DNA from: Candidatus Hydrogenedentota bacterium | GTDB lineage: Bacteria; Hydrogenedentota; Hydrogenedentia; Hydrogenedentales; SLHB01 | Direction: 5' to 3' | Length of the DNA stretch: 64,000 bases | NCBI GenBank assembly: GCA_963668025.2 | Contig: CAXXTH010000010.1 | Location: forward strand, 1,280,001 to 1,344,000 | In this document: piece by piece, positions 30,875 to 38,855 of the stretch | Layout: every line of letters begins with the position of its first letter | How positions within the stretch are numbered: position 1 is the first letter of the stretch | Position numbers and translations under genes: made by a program | The notes under the pieces: model-generated | The model's database searches: none | What the model was told of the DNA's origin: nothing | The model's input: only the letters and a program-made list of their open reading frames with translations

Positions 30875-32995
30875 TTGGCGAATCCGGGAAAGACAGCCCG
30901 CGAAACCGAAGCGGAGCAATTCCAAAACGAATATACCGTTGCCACGGCGGATCCGACGCTCGAGCGGGGGCCCTATATCGATGGATTCTCCTCGAGGACG
31001 GTCATCGGCGCGATATTTGTCGCGATGATCATGATGCCCGGCTCGGTCTACCTGGGATTGGTGGCCGGGCAATCCCTCGGCTCCGCGGCGGAATGGGTGA
31101 CCATTATTTTATTCGCCGAACTGGCCCGGCGCAGCTTCGCCCATTTGAAACGGCAGGAAGTCTATATCCTTTTCTACGTGGCATCCACCATAGCGGCGAT
31201 GCAATTCGCCCAGCTTGCCTTGGCGGGCGGCCCGCTCGCGCTTAGCATCTGGAATCAGTATTTGTTGCAATCTCCTCAAACCGCCGGCCTTGCGGAGCAA
31301 ATTCCGGATTGGGTCGTGCCCGCCGCCGACTCTCCAGGCATACTCAACCGCAACCTCATGCATGTAGACTGGTGGTGGTCTGCATCCAAAGGATTCTTGT
31401 CTCCGATCATCCTTATCGCGTTCGGCTATTTATTCGGGCGCTTCGTATGGTTCGGATTGGGCTATTTGCTGTTCCGCGCCACGTCTGATGGCGAGCGGCT
31501 GCCTTTCCCGCTGGCGGCTATTGCGGCCCAAGGCGCTACGGCCCTCGCGGAGTCCACGGATCGCGAAGAGGGGGCGGAATTGGGGAAACGCTCGTGGCGG
31601 TGGCGGGTGTTTAGCGTAGGCGCAAGCTTCGGCATCCTCTTCGGAGCCGTATATGTGCTGCTGCCCGTAACGACCGGCCTGTTCATGAGCAAGCCCATTA
31701 TGCTGCTGCCCATCCCCTTTGTAGATTTTACACGCACCGCGGAAGGCATCTTTCCAGCCAGCCTGATCTCCATCAGTTTCGACATGGCGATCCTCATGGC
31801 GGGAATGATCTTGCCGTTCCGGCTGGTGCTGGGCATTTTCTCTTCCATTGCCGTGACCAACCTGATCGCCAATCCTATCCTTCAAAAAATGGGGTTCTTC
31901 CCGCATTGGTCGCCCGGCGGGGCATTATTAGTCAATCAAATGATCCTCAGTTTCGATTTTTGGATGAGCGCCGCTATCGGCTTGGCTTCCGCTGTAGCCT
32001 TGGTGGGCGTGTTCAACATGCTCCGAACGCTGGGCCGGCGTTTACGCATGCCGCGCGAAGCGCTCGAACAAATGCGACAGGCCGAAGACGCCGCCCACAG
32101 CACCGATCCCAATGAACCGCCTTACCGCCGTCCAAGCAAACAACGGGGAGACTTCCCGATATGGGTGGCGCTTTTCTTTTTCATTCTCGGCACGACAGGA
32201 TTTTGCATTGTGTCACTCAAACTGGTGCCTGGCTTTACCTGGTGGATTATCTTCCTTTTCGGCTTCTTGTGGAGCCCGCTCAATTCGTTTATTTCTGCCC
32301 GCTTGGTGGGCCTTACGGGCCAGCCGCTGGTTTTGCCATTCCTGAAAGAAACGGTGTTTATCACCAGCGGTTACAAGAAAGCGGATATTTGGTTCGCACC
32401 GATTCCCCTTTTTGATATGGGGCCTGTTGCGCAAAAATTCCGCGAACTCGAGCTGACCCGCACCAAGTTCTCTTCACTTGTCAAAGCGGAACTGGCCATG
32501 TTTCCCATTGTGTTTATATGTAGTTTTCTATTCTGGTGGTTTTTTTGGCATTTGAATCAAATCCCTTCGGATCAGTTCCCCTTCGCCAGCCGGATTTGGC
32601 CCGTTGCGGCGCGCCAGGCGTATCTTATTTTCACGGCCAATAATCCTGCTCCCGGCGAGACCTCCCTTCTGCTGCAAGCGATCAAACCCAGCCTCATTAT
32701 AGGCGGGTGCGGGGCAGGCGTTGTGCTGTATGGCGCCTTGGCGTTTTTTAATCTGCCAGTCATATTTTTCTATGGAATTGTAGGCGGTGTGGGGCAGCCC
32801 TTGCATGTGGGCCTTCCATTGATCGCCGGGGCATTGTTGAGCCGTTATTTTTTTGCACGCAAATTTGGCGTGGAGTGCTGGAACCGATATGTGCCGGTCG
32901 TGGCGGCGGGATTCTCGTGTGGCATGGGGCTGGCGGGCATGACCGCCGTGGCGCTGGCCCTTATCGCCCAATGCACGCATACATTGCCTTTCTAG
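30875..32995 (+). CDS. OPT-superfamily-like 'peptide transporter' membrane protein
   Basis: More than 12 TM segments; YLGLVAG, AAEWVTIILFAELARRS, TSDGERLPFPLA and DIWFAPIP; TTG start with RBS GAGGT. Confidence 0.65.
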   Translation: MANPGKTARETEAEQFQNEYTVATADPTLERGPYIDGFSSRTVIGAIFVAMIMMPGSVYLGLVAGQSLGSAAEWVTIILFAELARRSFAHLKRQEVYILFYVASTIAAMQFAQLALAGGPLALSIWNQYLLQSPQTAGLAEQIPDWVVPAADSPGILNRNLMHVDWWWSASKGFLSPIILIAFGYLFGRFVWFGLGYLLFRATSDGERLPFPLAAIAAQGATALAESTDREEGAELGKRSWRWRVFSVGASFGILFGAVYVLLPVTTGLFMSKPIMLLPIPFVDFTRTAEGIFPASLISISFDMAILMAGMILPFRLVLGIFSSIAVTNLIANPILQKMGFFPHWSPGGALLVNQMILSFDFWMSAAIGLASAVALVGVFNMLRTLGRRLRMPREALEQMRQAEDAAHSTDPNEPPYRRPSKQRGDFPIWVALFFFILGTTGFCIVSLKLVPGFTWWIIFLFGFLWSPLNSFISARLVGLTGQPLVLPFLKETVFITSGYKKADIWFAPIPLFDMGPVAQKFRELELTRTKFSSLVKAELAMFPIVFICSFLFWWFFWHLNQIPSDQFPFASRIWPVAARQAYLIFTANNPAPGETSLLLQAIKPSLIIGGCGAGVVLYGALAFFNLPVIFFYGIVGGVGQPLHVGLPLIAGALLSRYFFARKFGVECWNRYVPVVAAGFSCGMGLAGMTAVALALIAQCTHTLPF

Positions 32996-33014
32996 GCGAA
33001 CGGATAGGTCGGCC

Positions 33015-33701
33015 ATGGAACAGAAGCGGATATTCGCTGAAGACGCCTCGATGCGGCGCTTGACGCTGCCTTGGAGCAGCACGTTTAAAATGTGCTGGGA
33101 AAATCTGAAAAACCGCCGCGGGCGGTTTCTGCTGGTGTTCGCCAGTATTGCGGTTGTAGTCGCTTTTTTTGTGAACACGATGGCTTACCAGCGCCTGCTC
33201 TTCAACCTGCGCTCCCATGCGGATATCAGCACCAAGGCCGCTCTGGAACGGGCTGGCTTATGGTCTAATAATCCTGATGCGGAGAAAGCCCAGCACGACC
33301 GGATGATCTGGCTGCTCACGCTATCCGGGATGCTGTGTTTCGTGGGCGTCACCAACACCATGTTCATGAGTGTCACCGAACGATATCGCGAAATAGGCAC
33401 GTTGAAATGCCTTGGAGCGCTCAATAGCTTTGTGGTGCGATTGTTTCTCATCGAAAGTTTATTCGTAGGCATCACGGGGAGCGTCATCGGCTCCATGGCG
33501 GGTCTTCTGCTTACACTCATCCAAGCGGGCCTCGCTATTCCTTTCAGGCATTTATCGGGCGCGGCCGTATTCGATAGCCTGGCGCTCACGGTCCCCCTGG
33601 CCATTGCTGGCGGCACGTTACTCACTATGCTCGCCGCTATTTACCCGACAATGGAGGCTGCCAGAATGCGTCCCGTTGACGCCATGCGTGCGGAGGTATG
33701 A
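33015..33701 (+). CDS. Small FtsX-like ABC permease (almost no periplasmic domain)
   Basis: NTMFMSVTERYREIGTLKCLGA..LFLIES and YPTMEAARMRPVDAMR. Confidence 0.82.
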   Translation: MEQKRIFAEDASMRRLTLPWSSTFKMCWENLKNRRGRFLLVFASIAVVVAFFVNTMAYQRLLFNLRSHADISTKAALERAGLWSNNPDAEKAQHDRMIWLLTLSGMLCFVGVTNTMFMSVTERYREIGTLKCLGALNSFVVRLFLIESLFVGITGSVIGSMAGLLLTLIQAGLAIPFRHLSGAAVFDSLALTVPLAIAGGTLLTMLAAIYPTMEAARMRPVDAMRAEV

Positions 33702-33704
33702 ACC

Positions 33705-34445
33705 ATGCCGGTAAGAGAAATCGTCCACACCCAGGATGTCCGCAAGGTCTATTACATGGGACACGAGGAAGTGCATGCGCTGAAAGGGATCAGCATAACC
33801 ATATATGCGGGCGAATACATCAGCATCATGGGGCCTTCCGGTTCAGGGAAATCCACGTTTTTCAACATGGTAGGAGGGCTCGACAAGCCCACCACTGGCG
33901 AGGTGTATATCGACGAAGTCGATATCTCCCAATTGGGCATTTATGAACTAGCTTGGCTGCGCTGCCGGAAGATCGGGTATATTTTTCAAACCTTCAATCT
34001 GATCCCGGTGATGAATGCGCTGGACAACGTTTCTCTGCCCATGATATTCGCGGGCAAAACGTCGGATGAGGCCCGCGAAAAAGCCGCCGCCTTGCTGGCG
34101 CAAGTGGGGCTGGGCGGCCGTCTTACCCACCGGCCCATCGAGATGTCCGGCGGCCAGCAGCAGCGCGTCGCCATCGCGCGTTCGCTGGCTAATGACCCGG
34201 CCATTATCCTCGCTGATGAGCCGACAGGAAACCTCGACCTCCGCACCGGCCGCGAGATCATTGAACTGCTCACCAAACTCAAGGAAGAACGCGGCGTCAC
34301 TATCATCACCGCCACCCACGACCACAAAATGCTTGCGGCCAGTGATCGCGTGATCTGGATCACCGATGGGCAGGTCTCGCGGATCCAAAAACGGGAGGAA
34401 CTCCATATCCGCGTCGGCGTTATTGAAGGGGGGGAAGAGGAGTAA
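33705..34445 (+). CDS. ABC ATP-binding protein, LolD/MacB/FtsE type
   Basis: GPSGSGKST, IGYIFQTFNL, MSGGQQQRVAIARSL and LADEPTGNLD. Confidence 0.93.
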   Translation: MPVREIVHTQDVRKVYYMGHEEVHALKGISITIYAGEYISIMGPSGSGKSTFFNMVGGLDKPTTGEVYIDEVDISQLGIYELAWLRCRKIGYIFQTFNLIPVMNALDNVSLPMIFAGKTSDEAREKAAALLAQVGLGGRLTHRPIEMSGGQQQRVAIARSLANDPAIILADEPTGNLDLRTGREIIELLTKLKEERGVTIITATHDHKMLAASDRVIWITDGQVSRIQKREELHIRVGVIEGGEEE

Positions 34446-34479
34446 ACGGGCTTGTTTATTCGGAATGCACGAAAAACAG

Positions 34480-34515
34480 AAAGGGCTGCCTCAATCATAA
34501 CGAGGACAGCCCTTT
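34480..34515. terminator. Bidirectional terminator between convergent genes
   Basis: AAAGGGCTGCCTC...GAGGACAGCCCTTT. Confidence 0.65.
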
Positions 34516-34536
34516 ATCATAATGGTGAATGCCCAG

Positions 34537-35622
34537 TTATTGCCGGACCAGGCGAAGCCCTATGAAATTGTACATAGCCGAAGGCAGGTAGGGTTCGCGC
34601 GCGGGCGATGCCACCGCGACGGCGGGGTCACGCCAAGCGCCGCCGCGCACCACGCGAAATGGGCCATTCTCCTCGCCTGCAGGATCTATCGCCGGGCTGC
34701 TTTCATAATATTCGCCTTCACCGAAATTATCCTGGACCCATTCCTCTACATTGCCATGCATGTCATAAAGCCCCCAGGCATTGGGGTGAAGCAAGCCGAC
34801 ATAAAAAGGCTGATAGGGGGCGTTGAGCCAATACCACGCATATTCAGGCAGTAGGGACTCATTATCGCCGAAACAAAACTCCGTATCGCTCCCCGCCCGG
34901 CACGCATATTCCCATTCCGCCTCGGTAGGCAGGCGGAACACGCCTTCACCAAGCTGGTTCAATTTTGATACATAGTCTTGGCAATCATTCCAGGTCACTT
35001 GCTCGACAGGCATGAAAAGAGTGTCATAGGCAATTAGGTCTTTGAAGAAAGAGGGGTCAAAACCAATGACATTCTTCCATTGATCCTGCGTGATTTCGTA
35101 TTGGCTGATCCAGAATCCCCGGGTGAGGGTGACTTCATGCACAGGCGTGGAATCCTCCTGAGGATAATCATCTGAAACAGTGCCCATTTGGAAGGTTCCC
35201 GCTGGAATCCAGACAAAATTGATGCCCGCGAATGTTTTGATTTCCCCCGTTACGCCCTCTTCCCGGTTGGGATCCAGCGCGGCGATCGTGTTCAGTTTTA
35301 GATCCGTATCGCTGTTATCACGGGAATCGGTAACAGTCAGCGAAATCGTATAGGTTCCTGGCGTGGCGTATACATGCGCCGGGGGCGTTTCCAGCGTGCT
35401 AGTGGTTCCATCGCCGAAATCCCATGCATATGTTTTGATAGGGAATGAACCCGCTTCGCTTTCGTTCGTGAATGCCACCGTGATGGGCGCGTCACCTAAG
35501 TGGGCGCTGCATGTGAACTGCGCCGTGGGAGAGGTAGTGGAGGGAACAGCCGGGCAGCCTGTGCCGAGAACGGCTATTCCCAAGGCCAAGAGCGCAATAA
35601 ATCCAAAACGTGCGTATCGCAT
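34537..35622 (-). CDS. Lipoprotein with PKD and FGE-sulfatase (SUMF1-like) domains
   Basis: Lipobox LGTGCP; WDFGDGTTS..HVYATPGTY (PKD); RLPTEAEWEYACRAG, GLYDMHGNVEEW and RVVRGGAW. Confidence 0.88.
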   Translation of the reverse strand: MRYARFGFIALLALGIAVLGTGCPAVPSTTSPTAQFTCSAHLGDAPITVAFTNESEAGSFPIKTYAWDFGDGTTSTLETPPAHVYATPGTYTISLTVTDSRDNSDTDLKLNTIAALDPNREEGVTGEIKTFAGINFVWIPAGTFQMGTVSDDYPQEDSTPVHEVTLTRGFWISQYEITQDQWKNVIGFDPSFFKDLIAYDTLFMPVEQVTWNDCQDYVSKLNQLGEGVFRLPTEAEWEYACRAGSDTEFCFGDNESLLPEYAWYWLNAPYQPFYVGLLHPNAWGLYDMHGNVEEWVQDNFGEGEYYESSPAIDPAGEENGPFRVVRGGAWRDPAVAVASPAREPYLPSAMYNFIGLRLVRQ

Positions 35623-35662
35623 GTTGCTTATCCTTTTTTGTTTTGGGAATGATCCCCGGCTG

Positions 35663-36589
35663 CTACCACCCTTGAATGACCAGCTTCACCGCGTCCACGA
35701 CCGCATCCGGTTTATCAAGCTGGATGAGGTGCCCCGCACCGCTCACGATTTGCCACTTTCCTCGCGGCGTGAGTTTGGCTTGCTCTTGGTAAAATTGGCG
35801 GCTGAGCAGATCCCAAATATTCTCTTGCTCCGTACTTCCCACATTCTGAGATTTGCCGGTGTCATGTCCAAGAATGATTAATGGCACTTCGGGCAGCATG
35901 CGGTTGAACCGGACTTCCGATGAGGTGTTTTCAATGTTGTAATATTCTCCCCGGGAACCTTCCCTTGCGGCAACCGTCACGGCAAGGCCCATTTTATTCT
36001 CTACGCTTTGGACCGTTTTCGGCTCGAGTTCGAGGGCGACCCGGTTGTAGTAATCTTCATGGGTCGTATCCACAAGCACAATACCTACGACATCGTTTGG
36101 ATACATATGGGCGAAAATGCGTGCGTAGAGCCCGCCTAATGAATGGGCGCACAAAATATACGGGCCGGGCGCGTCCAAGGCGTCTAGCAAATTATGGAGC
36201 TCCCGTACGATCACGGTTCCGGTCCGCGGATTGGAACCTTCATCGCTCCAGCCCACCCCCCCGCGATCATAATTTATGACCCGGGTAATCTCGGCCAGCT
36301 CTGTCTCCACCGACCCCCACATTTTGATGTTCTCTTCAAGCCCATTAATCAATATCACGGTTGGGCCGCCCGAACCTGAATCGCGGCAAGCCAGTTCATA
36401 ACCGCCCACATCGACCATTTTTGCCCCATTCGGCAAGGGCCCTAATGCGACAACGCCATTGAGTTCTTCAATCGTGCTGCTGGGGCAACCCACCCCTATA
36501 AACGCCACCAGCGCGAGCAATAAGCAAGCAGTGAAACTCATTTTCCAAACGCCATGCCGCCATATTCGTGCGCTATGTATATCGGCCAT
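35663..36589 (-). CDS. Alpha/beta-fold hydrolase, probable lipoprotein
   Basis: YDRGGVGWS, nucleophile elbow AHSLGG, catalytic His in GAGHLIQ; lipobox IGVGCP; RBS GAGGAGG before ATG 36589. Confidence 0.82.
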   Translation of the reverse strand: MADIHSARIWRHGVWKMSFTACLLLALVAFIGVGCPSSTIEELNGVVALGPLPNGAKMVDVGGYELACRDSGSGGPTVILINGLEENIKMWGSVETELAEITRVINYDRGGVGWSDEGSNPRTGTVIVRELHNLLDALDAPGPYILCAHSLGGLYARIFAHMYPNDVVGIVLVDTTHEDYYNRVALELEPKTVQSVENKMGLAVTVAAREGSRGEYYNIENTSSEVRFNRMLPEVPLIILGHDTGKSQNVGSTEQENIWDLLSRQFYQEQAKLTPRGKWQIVSGAGHLIQLDKPDAVVDAVKLVIQGW

Positions 36590-36885
36590 AACCATACCTC
36601 CTCTTTGCCGCCTGATGGCCATCGCCATCAGGCAAATAATCCCCGATTTTCCTGTGAATACCGTAAACCCAGTCTAGAAGCCAGTATAGCACAATTTTGA
36701 TTTTGGTCAATAATTATATCTGCTTGGGTCCGCTTTTGCGTGATGAGGAATTTATATCGAATAAACACGGACAGTGCGTTGTGCAGCGGTGAAGAACCGC
36801 TTTTTTTTTCGCGTAGAAGCAGTTGAATGAGTTGAGGATGCGCCGGTGCGGGGAGTTTTTTTCTTCGCATCGGCGCTTTTTTTTG

Positions 36886-36921
36886 TTGACTTCTGGTACG
36901 GAAGTATATATACTTCCGTAC
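36886..36921 (+). promoter_or_regulatory. IS promoter overlapped by a perfect 26-bp palindrome
   Basis: TTGACT(36886-91)-N17-TATACT(36909-14). GTACGGAAGTATA|TATACTTCCGTAC at 36896-36921 abuts ATG 36922. Confidence 0.75.
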
Positions 36922-37269
36922 ATGGAAGGGAAACCTGTCACGAACTCGGCGGGACGCAAGGTCCAGGCGCGCCTGGCGCGTCTGGGGCCCTTTCTTCCCG
37001 CCACGCTCACCATCACCCGCAGCCGCTGCGGGAACCCGCGCTGCCGGTGCGTCCAGGAAGGGCCGATCCATGAAACGGCCCTGCTGACGTGGAAGGAGGG
37101 CGGGAAGACCCGCACCCTCCACGTGCCCCGTGAATTGCGCCGCGAAGTGGCGCAATGGATTGAGGAATGGAAAAAGCTCAAGAAGCTCGTCGAGGCCATG
37201 GGCGCGGCCCAACGGCAGTTCCTGCAAACCCGCAAGAAGAGCATCCGGAAATCATCCGGGCCTTCTTGA
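36922..37269 (+). CDS. DUF6788-like small basic protein (IS accessory ORF, putative Zn-binding)
   Basis: RCGNPRCRC....IH, LTWKEGGKTRTLHVP and a C-terminal helix; lies inside the IS upstream of the transposase. Confidence 0.75.
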   Translation: MEGKPVTNSAGRKVQARLARLGPFLPATLTITRSRCGNPRCRCVQEGPIHETALLTWKEGGKTRTLHVPRELRREVAQWIEEWKKLKKLVEAMGAAQRQFLQTRKKSIRKSSGPS

Positions 37270-38603
37270 GGACGTTCACCCACTTCTTTGGCCCGGTGCG
37301 CAAGCGCTTTGCGGGCTTGCCCGATCCCCGCAAACCCGAGCAAGCCGGCGACGTGGACTACAGTGTCGCGTCGCTGGTGTTCTTGGGAGTGCTGATGTTC
37401 GCATGCCGGCTCGGGGCGCGCCGGCAAGTCCGCCTGCAGTTGTACACGACGTTCATGGTCCATCTGTACAAGGTCTTGTTTGACGTGGACAGCGTGCCGC
37501 ATGGCGATACGATGAACGGGGTATTTCGCGGTTTGCCGTTCGAGGCGGTCCAGGAACTCGTTTCCGGCATGACGCAGACGCTCATCGACAAGAAGGTGTT
37601 GTACCCCCACCGCCTGTTCGGGCGCTACTACGTGGCGGCCATCGACGCCACGGGGACACGCAGTTATGATCATCGCCACTGCGCCCATTGCCTCACGCGC
37701 AAGCACAAGAGCGGCAAGATCACCTACTACCATCCCGTGCTGGAGTCCAAGATCGTCACGCCAAACGGGTGGGTCTTTTCGCTCATGACGGAGTTCATTG
37801 AGAATCCAGAGAAAGACCTGGCGAAAAGCGAGCAACAACGCAAGCAGGATTGCGAGACCAAAGCCTTCTACCGGCTGGCCCCACGCCTGCATGCCCGATT
37901 CCCCCGCTTGCCGCTGCTGTTGGCGATGGACGGCCTGTACGCCACGGGACCGGTGTTTCGGCTGTGCCAGCAATATGGCTGGAAGTTCATGATTACGCTC
38001 ACGGACGGCCAATTGGCCACCGTGAACGAAGAATTCGAGAGCCTCGCGGCCGCGACGCCCGAAAACCAGCTTACGTGGCGTTGCGGCAACAAGAAGGAAA
38101 TCCACCAGCAGTTTCGCTGGGTCAACGACATCCCCTACCGCGATTCCGAGCGGCGTGAACACATCCTGTCCGTGCTCGAATGCGTGGACACCCGCCCGGA
38201 CGCGGAAGGCATGATAAAGAAAACCAAGTTCAAATGGGTGACCAACGTATCCGTATCCGCGCACAATGCGGCCGCCTTGGCCAATGAAGGAGGACGCTTA
38301 CGCTGGAAGATTGAAAATGAAGCATTCAACGTGCAGAAAAACGGCGGCTACAACCTCGAACACGCCTATACCCAAAACGAACAGGCCAGTAAGATCTACT
38401 ACCTCTTGATGCAGATAGCCCATCTGCTCATGCAACTCCTGGAGGATGGCAGCCTTCTGGCCGCCCACTTTCCAAAAGGCTTTGGCTCCGCCAGAAACCT
38501 TGCCCATCGCCTCCTCGAAGCCCTGCGCAACGCCACCCTGTCCCGCGAACAATATGACGCCCTCTGCACCGAGGCCATCCAGATCCGCTTCAGTTCCGCA
38601 TAG
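37167..38603 (+). CDS. DDE transposase
   Basis: PDPR N-terminus; AAIDATG, KQDCETKAF, LAMDGLYA and RLRWKIENEAFNVQKNGGYNLEH. Confidence 0.88.
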   Translation: MEKAQEARRGHGRGPTAVPANPQEEHPEIIRAFLRTFTHFFGPVRKRFAGLPDPRKPEQAGDVDYSVASLVFLGVLMFACRLGARRQVRLQLYTTFMVHLYKVLFDVDSVPHGDTMNGVFRGLPFEAVQELVSGMTQTLIDKKVLYPHRLFGRYYVAAIDATGTRSYDHRHCAHCLTRKHKSGKITYYHPVLESKIVTPNGWVFSLMTEFIENPEKDLAKSEQQRKQDCETKAFYRLAPRLHARFPRLPLLLAMDGLYATGPVFRLCQQYGWKFMITLTDGQLATVNEEFESLAAATPENQLTWRCGNKKEIHQQFRWVNDIPYRDSERREHILSVLECVDTRPDAEGMIKKTKFKWVTNVSVSAHNAAALANEGGRLRWKIENEAFNVQKNGGYNLEHAYTQNEQASKIYYLLMQIAHLLMQLLEDGSLLAAHFPKGFGSARNLAHRLLEALRNATLSREQYDALCTEAIQIRFSSA

Positions 38604-38789
38604 GGCGCCCGCGCGTTCCCGGTTGCGCCGCCGCCCTACACGTCTCGCCCATCCATTCACCGGCTTTACGCACAGCCGCTGCCCCTCCTGTCGCCTGTCG
38701 GCCTCGCCACCCCCCGTCTAACCCGCATCACCTCAACGCCTGACCCTGGGGCGCCGCTATTCTTCACCGCTGTGCGTTGTGAGCCTAGA

Positions 38790-38831
38790 TTGACATGAAC
38801 GGATGGACGGCGTATTATTGAAAATATGTTC
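38790..38831 (+). promoter_or_regulatory. dinB promoter with a putative GAAC-N4-GTTC-type SOS box
   Basis: TTGACA(38790-95)-N17-TATTAT(38813-18); GAAAATATGTTC at 38820-38831; weaker GAACGGATGGAC in the spacer. Confidence 0.55.
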
Positions 38832-38855
38832 AGTAATTCAAGCGAGGTGATTCCC

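Larger units (their letters stand above)
36784..38772 (+). mobile_element. Complete 1989-bp two-gene insertion sequence (IS4-superfamily DDE, ISAs1/ISNCY-like)
   Basis: Terminal IRs CAGCGGTGAAGAA(CC/TA)GC at 36784-36800 and 38756-38772; 9-bp direct repeat TGCGTTGTG at 36775-36783 and 38773-38781. Confidence 0.9.

Noticed and set aside
34537-35622. FGE-sulfatase-domain gene as a diversity-generating retroelement target
   Set aside because: No reverse transcriptase and no template-repeat copy of its 3' end were found in the window.
36714-38264. 516-aa minus-strand ORF
   Set aside because: Antisense shadow of the GC-rich transposase and accessory ORFs; no recognisable motifs, and it runs across the IS boundary.
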